Source: Antedon mediterranea (Eukaryota; Animalia; Echinodermata). From it: a stretch of DNA of 64,000 nucleotides. Position numbers and translations under genes: made by a program. The notes below the pieces were generated by a model. It had not been told where the DNA came from. It saw only the letters and a list, made by a program, of their open reading frames with translations, and did not search any database. Below are positions 27,335 through 39,519 of this stretch, one piece after another (positions within the stretch are counted from its first letter, which is position 1; each line of letters opens with the position of its first letter). Where the stretch lies: NCBI RefSeq assembly GCF_964355755.1, contig NC_092674.1:15624001-15688000 (forward strand), in the 5' to 3' direction.

Positions 27335-28407
27335 CAATATGTGTAGTTTAATATTCCAGGAATGTTTAGTTGATTTGATGATAGTAGGGGTAGTTGATAA
27401 TTAGTAGTTTAGGTGATTCAAACACAATAAATGTAGTTGATTAATCAGTAATTGTTTGGCTAATTTAAACACAACATGTGTAGTTTAATATTCCAGGAAT
27501 TTTTAGTTGATTTGATGATAGTAGGTGTAGTTGATAATTAATTATGGTTCAGGTGATTCAAACACAATGAATGTAGTTGATTCATCAGTAATTGTTTGGC
27601 TAATTTAAACACAACATGTGTAGTTTAATATTCCAGGAATTTTTAGTTGATTTGATGATAGTAGGGGTAGTTGATAATTAGTTATTGTTCAGGTGATTCA
27701 AACACAATAAATGTAGTTGATTAATCAGTAATTGTTTGACTAATTTAAACACAACATGTGTAATTTAATATTCCAGGAATTTTTAGTTGATTTGATGATA
27801 GTAGGTGTAGTTGATAATTAATTATGGTTCAGGTGATTCAAACACAATGAATGTAGTTGATTCATCAGTAATTGTTTGGCTAATTTAAACACAACATGTG
27901 TAGTTTAATATTCCAGGAATTTTTAGTTGATTTGATGATAGTAGGGGTAGTTGATAATTAGTTATTGTTCAGGTGATTCAAACACAATAAATGTAGTTGA
28001 TTAATCAGTAATTGTTTGACTAATTTAAACACAACATGTGTAATTTAATATTCCAGGAATTTTTAGTTGATTTGATGATAGTAGGTGTAGTTGATGATTA
28101 ATTATTGTTCAGGTGATTCAAACACAATAAATGTAGTTGATTAATCAGTAATTGTTTGGCTAATTTAAACACAACATGTGTAGTTTAATATTCAGGAACG
28201 TTTAGTTGATTTGATGATAGTAGTGGTAGTTGATAATTAGTTATTGTTCAGGTGATTCAAACAAAATAAATGTAGTTGATTAATCAGTAATTGTTTAATA
28301 TTCCAGGAATTTTTAGTTGATTTGATGATAGTAGGGGTAGTTGATAATTAGTAATAAAGGTAGTTGATTAATCAGTAATTGTTTGGCTAATTTAAACACA
28401 ACATGTG
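27335..28407. repeat. 140-bp tandem repeat (about 7.5 units), resuming at 34592-34657
   Basis: acaacatgtg recurs at 27471, 27611, 27751, 27891, 28031 and 28171. Confidence 0.92.
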
Positions 28408-29873
28408 TTTCTCGAAAGGTCGGTTCATGTTCAGTTAGAACAGTACCTTGTGGAAAATGATCTTATTTATCAATATCAGTCAGGTTTTCGGCAATTTCAT
28501 TCTACCGAAAGAACTTTAATTAATCTATTAGACACAATTAAATTAAATAACTCCAAAGGTACACATACTGGTATGGTACTTATAGATTTATGTAAGGCAT
28601 TCGACACTGTCGATCATGATATATTGTGTGAAAAGCTTTTGTTAATGGGCATCACCTCATTAGATTTAATTGGTTTCGTTCATATTTGTCAAACAGAAGC
28701 CAAATTGTTAAAATCGAAGACTCCTTATCCGTTCCCATGGATATTTCACGTGGAGTTCCACGGGGTAGCATATTGGGTCCTTTGCTTTTTTTATGTTTCA
28801 TAAACGATATGGTTGTAAGTATCGACCCTGAATGCAAATTGCTGTTATATGCTGATGACAGTGCAATTGTTTTTTGGCACAAAGATCCGACTGTCGTCGC
28901 TGATAAACATAGTAAAGCTCTTGATTCATGTAGAGTATGGCTTGTCGATAACAAACTATCTATCAATATCAGTGAAACTGAATCTATCATCTTTTGTACC
29001 CAAAAAAGGCTTCAACGTTTACGATCTTTCAATATTATTTCTCATGGCGTTACTTTAACGGGTTCAAAATCAGTAAAATATTTAGGTATAGAACTTGATA
29101 GTTCTGCCTCTTGTAACAACATCGCCAAAAGTGTAATAAAAAAGGCGAATAGTAGATTAAGGTATTTATATCGTCAGGCTAGTTGCTTGGACAAAAATAC
29201 AAAAAAACTGTTATGCTCTGTCTTAATTCAATGCTTGTTTGATTATTGTGCTTCGACTTGGTATGAAGGTATTGACAAAGTTTTGAAGCAAAAACTACAG
29301 ACCACTCAGAACAAATTTGTGCGTTTTATTTACGGTTTCGGACCACGATCTCATATTGGTCAGAAGGAGTTATCAGACATTGGCATGCTTAAAATGGATA
29401 TGAAAGGGTTCCTAGCAATATCATTTTATTGGCTCAACGTGTAGATCAATCAGTTTTAAGCTTGCCATAGTCATACTTAATGTTTTGGAGGACGACAACG
29501 CCCTCAAAACGCCACTGAGAAACCTGTGAAAAACTTTTTGTGACGTCACTAAAAGTTATTTTTGTATTACAGAGATAGGAATTTAGCAGTAAATCATTGA
29601 TTGATGCAAAAGCATGGTAGTAATTACTTATCGCTTTGATATTTTTATTCTTGGATAAGTATGTTAGCCTAATCGAATAAAATTAATTCATATTATCACC
29701 CTTTTTTTTTTTTAACGGATTTTAATTTCGTTTTTCAAGGCCACCTTTTACGAAATTCATAGCCAAATGCCTATCTTGCTGGGTACACGGAGTTATTTTG
29801 CGCATGCGTGAGAATCACAGAGTCGATCTCATTGGCCTCTCTCTCGACCCTCCTCTCGCGAGCGATGTTTATT

Positions 29874-31478
29874 CGCCGTGGTTAGGATTCCGGCACCGGA
29901 ACTCAACTGCCCAGCGTTAGGGAATCCGACACGCTATTGCGCATGCCCAGAGTGAGGTAATCGGCGACTCTATACCACCAAAGAATATATATCACAAGAA
30001 TGAGTAATCCGCGATTTTCCCTGTAACAGTAATATTGTCCATGTGGTAGGGCGCCGCCATAAGTGTGGATGTATCTGGGATGTATACAACTTTTTGTGAC
30101 GGTTTCACTAATCAAAGGCTGGACCACCGGTAGTATTTTCATGATAAAAAATGTTATAAACTACATGCCAACATCATGTTAAATACTATTTGGATGTTTA
30201 ATTGTTTGTTTTATGCAATTTATTTAGTAAAAACTGCCGTATAAACAGTTTGCTTTATCAACCGGGCGCTACGATAGCGTGACCGGGCGTGTTGGTGTTT
30301 ACGCGTTTTCACGAACGATAGTTTAATAATATTCCTATATTTAAACTTGTTTCTGGTAAAACAAATAAATGTTAATGATATTTAACATTTTGTCCTATTA
30401 ATAACATGTATTTTATACTAATTTATATCATAAAAACAATACTTAATTTACCGGGCGTAGAGTAGTACACGGCAATGGTAAAGAATAGGCCGTGCTGAGT
30501 AACGATTCGTTGATTTTTGGTGTTGCTGTGTTAGGCTTTTTTTGTGAACTAACTTAGCATGTTAGTAAATAATTGTCTGTAAAAGTGAATGTACACTAGT
30601 TTGTTAATAAATATGTAGTTTGTAATAAAATAGTTTACAATTGCAAAATATATTATCATAATTCTATTTAATGTGACATGTATAATATCTATTAAATCAA
30701 GTCTTATTTAGTATGTATACATCCGCCCTTATGCGGGCGGGCATCACTCTCTGGAGCTCTCTGTTACAAATTTCTCATGCAAAAATCGCGGAATACTCAT
30801 TCTTGTGATATATATTCTTTGATACCACCTATCAACAACAGCGATGGATCATTTCATAGCTGCGCCACACACGGCAAACTAGTCTAGATGCCTACTAATA
30901 CGGTATCCACTAATCTAGGCTAGGGTTACCAGTTAGACGTGACCAGTGGGCCTATTTATTTTTTAATTAAATAGTGGTTGCTTCATTCATATATAAACTT
31001 CATATCATTATGAATTATATAATTACATGACTAGTTTTATGATTTTTCATAACGCATTATACTGTACATAACAACATGCAATCACAAGTTGATTTGTTGA
31101 CGGCAGCCACCGCGTGGATGTGAAAACTGTTCGGAAAGTCAGGGTCGCAACGCTAACAACAGCATTACGATTCTTAGATAGATACTGATACTTATTAATA
31201 TCATTATAATTATTTTAACGCGTGGCGTAGTCGTATTTTAATTATTAATTCATGTATGGCATAGGCCAAGTTTCATCCATCGCTCTCTCGCTCGCGCAAC
31301 GACTATCTAGGCTACAGTAAATCCCTATAACACTCCGACTCTCGGTGGTGTGGTGTGTGTGGCACTCTATAAGTGCAAGCTATAATTCACTTCCCAGAGC
31401 TATGAGCATGCGCAATAGCGTGTCGGATTCCCTAACGGTGGGCAGTTGAGTTCCGGTGCCGGAATCCTAACCACGGCG
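29874..31478. mobile_element. Non-autonomous TIR transposon with 9-bp TSD (MULE-like)
   Basis: About 73-bp near-perfect TIRs (cgccgtggttaggattccggcaccggaactc...). ATGTTTATT is duplicated at 29865-29873 and 31479-31487. Superfamily is inferred from TSD length only. Confidence 0.8.
29979..30821. mobile_element. Non-autonomous P-element-like transposon
   Basis: TIR CAAAGAATATATATCACAAGAATGAGTA (about 40 bp), CA...TG termini, 7-bp TSD ATACCAC. Confidence 0.8.
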
Positions 31479-34309
31479 ATGTTTATTTCGCTATTTTATA
31501 TTTATTATACACGTATTATTGAAACATTCATTTTATTATTATTTCGTTGTAATTAACTGAAATTGATGGAAATTTGTCCACATCGTCTTGTTAACACGGG
31601 TGTTAACATCGTTTTGAAGAAACGGTTGGACGAGTAAATGGTGTTTGACAATGCCATGGCCTGGAGCTAGCTAGGCCTAGTCCTAGAGGCCTAGGTCTTT
31701 TATTTTAGTAGTGATGACTGCTGGATACGGTGTTTAGTCGCCCGGCCAGAGGTGAGCTGAGAGCGTATGCTCCTTTATGTATCGTTGAGGGTGTTAATGG
31801 TAGGCACAATTGTGTTACTGTATTATGTATATGCACATTATTTATAAGTACGTTTATTAATATTGTTGTGTGCTGTAGTGTCCTGACTAACGCATTATTA
31901 AAATATTTTTTTGTTATTACATGCCGCCCTAGCTAGGCAACACTGAATACTAAATATTAGGATTCCCAATAAAATGAATAGAGGTGGATTTTCTCTAATG
32001 TAGTAATAAAGGTTATAACAGGCCAGGCCTAGTTAGGGGTATTTGAGCTTGTATCATATACAGTAAATAAACAATTCATTTGTATTTTTACCTACCTACA
32101 GGTCTATAATTGGAGTGCAACTATGATAATTGATGGACGGGATAAGCAAATGTATTTATTGATTGGAATGGAAGCGCAAATGTTAGAGTCAAATTATAAT
32201 ATTAAGGTAACAGATACTGAGCATTGCTATTTTAAACTGATCAAACCTACATAATACATTATACTAAATTATTATTTTGTTTTGAGGGCAGATAAACATG
32301 TGCTTATTCATTTTCCTTTTTTCAGGTGAATAGAAAGATGCCCAGCGTACTTTATAATAGATGCTACTTGGATCATCATGCTTGCACGATACATTTATGC
32401 AGTATACTAAGACACCAAGTATAGAATGAGCGCAGACAATTAAAATTACAGAACTAAATATTTATGAAGAATACTAGTAAAATATGCATAATAGAATTCT
32501 TTAGACGCGAGTGCTAGGGTTACAGTCATACTGTAACTCTGGGTATATAAACAAATAAACCACTACTGTACTTTTTTTTATTTATTTAGCCAAATACTAT
32601 GTACAATGGACATTTATGAAAGAATCCATCTCTTGAATATGATGGAGCTGGCTGGTGTAGATAGAATTAAAATGTATCACTCAGGTCTCAAAAGTAATTT
32701 ATGTCCCGTTTCAAAAATCCTGCTTGTTCCAAACTCATTATGATACATTTGTTCAATAAAATTCATTCCACACACTATTAGTATTTCTGCCATATAATTT
32801 GTTGATGTTTACAATTTTATTATTAGTACTATTACAGTTCTTCAAAGCCATCTCATGTACTGTTGATTCCATAAATCTGCAAAGATAAGACCAATAAATG
32901 GATGGAAATGTACTATTATTTTTATTCAATCCTACCTAGGCCCTATAGTATTATATTTTATGACTTGGTAACAAACAGAAAGAGGTAATTATTTAATTAC
33001 AGTTACTAACTAAACTATAATAATCCTCTATGCCTCACCTCTGCTCTACTTTAATTATTAGTATTATTATAATATACTGTATTACTATATTATTAGTCAA
33101 TAACAAAAGTCAGAGCCAAAAACAAGTTCAACACAAGCTTACCTTTTTTATTTACGTCGCCTTTTACATACGTCTACGCCCGCGCCTTGTCCACTTCCTG
33201 GAGGTTCGTCGGTGGACCGGCGACTACTACTCTCTTGTACTGTAGGCCATGGAGTAACTCCATGTGTAGGCCTGGCCTAGCCTAGTATAGTACTAGCGAA
33301 TTTAGAAGAAACTATAGTCTACTAGACCTAGCCTAATTTGTAGTCTGCGTGAGTGGTTTAGTGTGAGAGATGTACAAATACACACTTTCTTCTTTTCACG
33401 TACAATCTTTGCAGACATAACTTTTTATTGATTTGTGAAATATCGATATTTTCTACGACTGCAGCAACAGGGAGCTTGCAACACGTGAGTCTCGTGTAGG
33501 ATGGGTTTGTTTATTTTGTTTACACCACACAGTCCGCGAACGAGACAAGGCGGTGATTGGACTGTATTAAAATTCATTAACCAATCACAAAACGACTGCT
33601 GCCGTGGCTACAACCCCGGGTGTTTCAAACTCTAAATTTGACGATCTCGTACGTGCGTATAGAACGTTCATAAAAATTAAGATGGCGTGCCAGTTAGTCG
33701 GCCATTTTGCGGACGTTTTATACCAAAATTTAATTTGTTTATTTCTCAAGTTCTACTAGGTATTTGAATCTAATTTTTTGTGTGCTGTTTATTAACATTA
33801 AAAGGATTCATACAAAGTCATTTTTGTGAAATTTTAAAATCCTTTCATATCCATTTTAAGGTGGAAAGTAGAGTAAAATTTCTCAGGTTTTGTAATGTTC
33901 ATAAAATTTTCAATAACAAAGCAGCTCCATATCTATCTGAACATTTCTCACGGACATCCACAATCCACACACATAACACACGCCAACGTAATGTTAATCT
34001 GGTTTTACCTCTACTTAAAGGAAATAAACAGTCTCATTCTACTTTTTTCTTCTCTGCTATCAAAGACTGGAACGCTCTTCCATCAAACTTAAAATTAATT
34101 TCCATCATAACTACCTTCAAATCTCATTAAAAAACATTTTGAACGCAATATTTAATATTTATAATAATTTTGATAACTATAATGGTCTTGATAACGTGCA
34201 ATCTTACTCATTACTTGTTTGCTTTCTCTTTTAATTTTTCTGTTTTACTGGGCTTTATTTTTAATGTATATATATATATATATATATATTTTTTATAAAT
34301 GTTGTATTT

Positions 34310-34440
34310 TAGATAAGATAAGATAAGATAAGATAAATCTTTATTGTCATGAACACAACAAGGCGAACATGAAATTGGTTTTCCTTGATGCTTAAAAACA
34401 CATACAATATATAAAACATTAAAAATATCAATACAATACA
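34310..34440 (-). mobile_element. Short 3'-end fragment of another non-LTR element
   Basis: The minus strand ends GACAATAAAGAT(TTATC)n. It sits in the 3' UTR of the LINE. Confidence 0.45.
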
Positions 34441-34656
34441 TTTTCTATTGTTTGTTATGTGCAATTTGGACCCCATTGGAAATGGGCTGGTTTTTCCGGC
34501 ATAATGGGTGTTCCTAATGCTCGTCATTTTGTCTTTTGTCTGTTTGTTATTTTAATGTTGAGCATCAAATAAATTCAATCAATCAAAAAAAGTAGTTTAA
34601 CATTCAGAAATGTTTAGTTGATTTGATGATAGTAGGTGTAGTTGATAATTAGTTAT

Positions 34657-36281
34657 TAATTAAATTTCAGTATATCACCGGGCGGTTTAGAATTAATGTT
34701 CTTTGCCTCTTGTGTATCGAGTTCGAACAATACCATGAAAGCCCCAGTGGTCTAATGGTTAGGACATCTGCATATCAAGCAGGTGGTCCGAGTTCGAGTC
34801 TCGGTTGGGGCGACTGTTTCTCATTCTCACAGATTTCCTCATCTTTATCGTTTCAAATTAATTAATTAAATTTCAGTATATCACCGGGCGGTTTAGAATT
34901 AATGTTCTTTGCCTCTTGTGTTTATATATATAAAAGTATCTCTTCGGAGATCCCGCCTCGTGAAAAAAAATACTGAAAGATGAGGGCGTATCAATTTGAT
35001 CTCTGTTGCGCGTGCGTACAACTGAGGACTAGTGCTGTTCCGCCGTACCACGCCGAGAATGTTAAAGAGTCGTTATCCAATCGAGTTCGAACAATACCAT
35101 GAAAGCCCCAGTGGTCTAATGGTTAGGACATCTGCATATCAAGCAGGCGGTCCGAGTTCGAGTCTCGGTTGGGGCGACTGTTTCTCATTCTCACAGATTT
35201 CCTCATCTTTATCGTTTCAAATTAATTAATTAAATTTCAGTATATCACCGGGCGGTTTAGAATTAATGTTCTTTGCCTCTTGTGTTTATATATATAAAAG
35301 TATCTCTTCGGAGATCCCGCCTCGTGAATAAAAATACTGAAAGATGAGGGCGTATCAATTTGATCTCTGTTGCGCGTGCGTACAACTGAGGACTAGTGCT
35401 GTTCCGCCGTACCACGCCGAGAATGTTAAAGAGTCGTTATCCAATCGAGTTCGAACAATACCATGAAAGCCCCAGTGGTCTAATGGTTAGGACATCTGCA
35501 TATCAAGCAGGCGGTCCGAGTTCGAGTCTCGGTTGGGGCAACTGTTTCTCATTCTCACAGATTTCCTCATTCTCACAGATTTCCTCATCTTTATCGTTTC
35601 AAATTAATTAATTAAATTTCAGTATATCACCGGGCGGTTTAGAATTAATGTTCTTTGCCTCTTGTGTTTATATATATAAAAGTATCTCTTCGGAGATCCC
35701 GCCTCGTGAATAAAAATACTGAAAGATGAGGGCGTATCAATTTGATCTCTGTTGCGCGTGCGTACAACTGAGGACTAGTGCTGTTCCGCCGTACCACGCC
35801 GAGAATGTTAAAGAGTCGTTATCCAATCGAGTTCGAACAATACCATGAAAGCCCCAGTGGTCTAATGGTTAGGACATCTGCATATCAAGCAGGCGGTCCG
35901 AGTTCGAGTCTCGGTTGGGGCGACTGTTTCTCATTCTCACAGATTTCCTCATCTCTATCGTTTCAAATTATATAATATAATATATATATATAAACACAAG
36001 AGGCAAAGAACATTAATTCTAAACCGCCCGGTGATATACTGAAATTTAATTAATTAATTTGAAACGATAAAGATGAGGAAATCTGTGAGAATGAGAAAAA
36101 GTCGCCCCAACCGAGATTCGAACTCGGACCGCCTGCTTGATATGCAGATGTCCTAACCATTAGACCACTGGGGCTTTCATGGTATTGTTCGAACTCGATT
36201 GGATAACGACTCTTTAACATTCTCTCGGTTGGGGCGACTTTTTCTCATTCTCACAGATTTCCTCATCTTTATCGTTTCAAA
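34657..36281. repeat. Tandem 364-bp units plus an inverted partial copy, each carrying a tRNA-like cloverleaf
   Basis: Cloverleafs at 34741, 35105, 35469 and 35851 (+) and at 36103-36174 (-). The inversion junction is at a (TA)n tract near 35970-35992. Confidence 0.9.
35105..35176 (+). tRNA. tRNA-like cloverleaf (anticodon ATC), representative copy, probably TE-associated rather than translational
   Basis: Acceptor GCCCCAG/TTGGGGC, D arm GTCT/GGAC, anticodon arm TCTGC-ATATCAA-GCAGG, T arm CCGAG-TTCGAGT-CTCGG. A and B boxes are intact. Confidence 0.55.
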
Positions 36282-36659
36282 TAATGAGATAAGAGAGCTG
36301 CTTAAAATAAGGACACAAGAAGAAATTTGTAGCATAATCTATAGGCTAGGCTAGGCCATAACATAGCTCTTTGATTCGTTTGTTGGTGCCTGACCTTTCG
36401 TCGCCTTGTAAATTGTAGGCCTACAGCCTTCTAATAAGGTGTTTTACAGATTGCCGATGACGGCAAATTAATTGCTATACCTGTATAATATATGCACAAT
36501 ATACTGTACATAGCATGTATTGCATAAATATGCTATAAAGGAAGATAATAATCTGTAACTTAACATTCGCCGCCATATCATCGCTAGACAAAAATAATAA
36601 CAATAAAGGACGCCCTCAATAATTATTTGTCAGAGACTTTTTATTGGCCGAATATGCCC

Positions 36660-36805
36660 GACTCCTTTCTCACAGAAAGCCGGTATATACCGGTTATATT
36701 TCCGGCACGATAGTCCGATGAGAATGGGTATATGCCGGTAACGATACCGGCACGACGCCAGCACTGTACCGGTATATTGCAGGCACATCTGTGAGAAAGG
36801 GGCTT
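36660..36805. mobile_element. MITE-like inverted-repeat fragment abutting the Penelope 3' truncation
   Basis: cctttctcacaga (36664) and tctgtgagaaagg (36788) are inverted repeats, with internal ccggtatataccgg palindromes. Confidence 0.5.
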
Positions 36806-38672
36806 TTGAGGCAGAGGTTGCATTTTTTGTTTGCGCTACTATATGCTTTAGCAGATGCCAAGATGCGCCATGAGATTGAATAGTCTGTGTTGTTGTCCTT
36901 GAGTGTCCAAATATGTTTACTGAGTTCGGTTGAGTTTCTAGAACGTGTATGACGGAATGATGAGGTGTGATTTCTGTATCGTGTTTTAAAATCAGTTTCA
37001 GTGAGTCCGATATAAGTTTCCGAGGTGGATTTGTCTTTGCGTGTAACTGTGGCTTGGTATATTACAGATGATTGTAGGCAATTTCCGTTTAGCGGGCATG
37101 TGTTTTTCTGTCGGCAGTTGCATGTTTTGATTTCTTGCGTGTTTTCCATGGATGTTGTTTCGGGCTGGTTGAGTATTCTCTTGTTGTGACTGTGTATTAT
37201 CTGTTTCATATTGTTCATACAACTGTAGCTAATCTTGATGGTGTTTCGGTTGAAAATTTTTCTTAGTTTGTTATCTTTTGGAAAATGTTTGTCTACTAGG
37301 GATAGGAATTTCTGTCCAATGTTTGTGCTGACGTTTTTGCTGAACGGTGGGTTGTACCACAGAATGTCGTTTCGTTGTCTGTTTTTTCGTCTTGTCTGGG
37401 TTACCGGCTCGTATTTTAGTGTGTACTGGTATCCACTGTCGTTGAGAGTTTTCTGGTATACAGGGGCGGCTTGGTTGAATGAATTCTTGTCGGATGACAA
37501 GGACGAGAGTCGTTTGTTTATTCCGGCGGGTATATTCTTTAGGATGGTCGGTGGGTGGTTACTTTGTTGATGGATATACTGTAACGTGACGTTTGGTTTG
37601 GTGTAGGGCTGGTATGTGTTCCTCGCTAGGTTTAGTGTGACGTCTAAGAAGTTGATGACTTGTTTGTTTGCTTCTATGGTAATGCGTAGGCCGTTATCTT
37701 TGAATATTTGGCATATGTCTTTTTTAATGTTTTCTGTGCTTTTAGGTGTGGTGTCTGTGACGGCAAGGCCGTCATCTCTGTAAAGTCCTATGTTGATTCC
37801 TAGTTTCTGTTGTAATTGGTGTAACAGGAAGCTTCCAACAAGTTCACACGTTTCTGCGCCATCATAACTACCCATAGTCACATCGAATGCTGTGGGGCCT
37901 TTCTTTTGCCACGGTTGCTGTTTGTGTGATAATATTGATTTTTTGGTATGTACGATGATGTCTCTTTCGTCGTTAGGTAATATCATCGTATCTATTAGCG
38001 AAGTCTAGTGCTTTGTTCAGCAGGTCATTGCTGATAGAGGGGTAAAATTCTGCGATGTCGAAGCATATAAAGTTGTGTTGTTGTTTCTTGTCGATGCTCT
38101 TAAACCAGTCGATGACCGATGAGGTATTTTTCCATTGATTGGTGCGAAGTTTTGATGTAATTTTGCTGTTAATACGATCGAGTATAGTTTTGCTTATCTT
38201 GCCTATCTCGGATTTGGTCGGGTTTATTAATCGGCAAGTCGGTTTGTTAGTGAAGTTCGGTTTGTGGTCTTTAAGGGTTATGAAAGCATCTTTATTTGCA
38301 GTTGTATCCACTCTGTTGGCGATGTTCAATTTTGTTGCAATACTTTTGTTTTTTCTATGAATCGTTTGTACGAGTTCAGGTTCTGCTTTCTTGTATGATT
38401 TGGTGATGTTTTCTTCTAGGAGGTTGTCATACGTCGGTGGGTCTAGTTTGTAAAAATTTGTGGTTTTGTCGGCTGCAATTAAAAGTTCGGGCTCGTTTTC
38501 AATTTTCTTGGAGTCGGTTTTTAACTTGTTGAGTAGAGGGTTGTCTGCGTTTTTGAATGTTGTCGATTGTATCAGATGGAGTATGTCATCTTCGAATTTG
38601 TATAGTTCTTCGATCGGTGGTGGGTTTTTGGTAGACTTGAAGCCAAATGTTTGCTTGGATGATGCGGTGGTC
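36806..38672 (-). mobile_element. Penelope-like element (RT plus C-terminal GIY-YIG endonuclease), truncated at both ends, one frameshift near 37978
   Basis: RLINPTKSEIG, FDIAEFYPSI, MGSYDGAE, LYRDDGL, FLDVTL, WYNPPF, CNCRQKNTCPL..C linker, VIY...YIG...RYRNH, CNLC. Confidence 0.93.
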
Positions 38673-38982
38673 TATGGGACGTTGTATTAATTTGCTCTGC
38701 GTCCTAAAAGGCCTGAGTGTCGCAGGTCTGATGTAGACCGTACATCACTTAAATGATTTGTCGGTATGAAATTACAAATTCCAATACTATTAAAAACAAC
38801 TAGCATTTAAATTTAGTTGATATGAAAATATGTTTGAGAATAGACTACAGTTAATGTAAGTTACAGAAGAGTATATTACTATTTACATTATGACACTGTA
38901 ACTGAATATAAATACCAGAATGACACTTGTACAACGATACCAAGCCAATATGTCAGCTAAGAACGTGGTATGGCGTTTAAGC

Positions 38983-39174
38983 ATACTTACCTGGCACAGG
39001 AGCGACTTTGATCAGGAAGGAATGTCCTCCCAAGATGAGGCCTCAGCATTGCACACACGGCTGCAATTGACCCTTGCGATTGACCCTTGCGATTGACCCT
39101 TGTGATTCCCCCAAACGTGGGGAACTCGGGTGTATATTTTATGGTAGCGGGGGACTGCGTTCGCGCTAACCCCC
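38983..39174 (+). pseudogene. RNU1: U1 snRNA variant or pseudogene at the array edge
   Basis: U1 5' end ATACTTACCTGG is present, but TTGACCCTTG(C/T)GA is triplicated and the Sm-site region is altered (TATTTTATGG). Confidence 0.8.
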
Positions 39175-39519
39175 ACCCCAATTCGACATTAATATTAGAT
39201 AGCCTATGCAGTTCAAGATAATCGTTAGTTTAATTAAGAACACTTGATATATAACTATTTATGGTTACATTATCTGTTTTGAAACTTTGTTGGTTTGTAA
39301 CTATTTATTTTCCCATAACAACTATTGGTATAGCATATTAACAGGCGTTGAACGCTTCATAATTATTTCGAAGCGTACGAAGAATAATATCAAACTCTAG
39401 ATTAAACAAAATAAAGTAGTCTATTATAGAACTTACGTATTTAAATAATTTTATTACTTTCTGTTAAACGATAATTATATTTCACTTACAATATGTATAT
39501 TTATAGATATTTTATTTAC

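Larger units (their letters stand above)
29393..33855. mobile_element. Non-autonomous Kolobok-like DNA transposon
   Basis: Perfect 15-bp TIR AATGGATATGAAAGG / CCTTTCATATCCATT, TTAA TSD (29389-29392 and 33856-33859), RR termini. No transposase ORF is evident. Confidence 0.85.
28408..34591 (+). mobile_element. 5'-truncated L2-group (Crack/Daphne-like) LINE, split by a Kolobok-like transposon
   Basis: RT motifs QSGFR, DLCKAFDTVDH, GVPRGSILGPLLF, LYADD, KYLG. The ORF rejoins across the TTAA (…GML|KVESRVKFL…KDWNALP). 3' UTR ends aaataaattcaatcaatc plus A-run. Confidence 0.88.

Noticed and set aside
26400-28407. CRISPR-like array
   Set aside because: These are contiguous tandem repeats without unique spacers, in a eukaryotic context with no cas genes.
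34741-34812. Functional tRNA-Asp(ATC) gene cluster
   Set aside because: Eukaryotic Asp tRNAs use GTC, the body is not Asp-like, the anticodon loop is atypical, and the context is TE-like.
35032-35975. Repeated 65-71 aa ORFs MLFRRTT...
   Set aside because: They have GTG starts and read through the tRNA-like repeat, so they are incidental.
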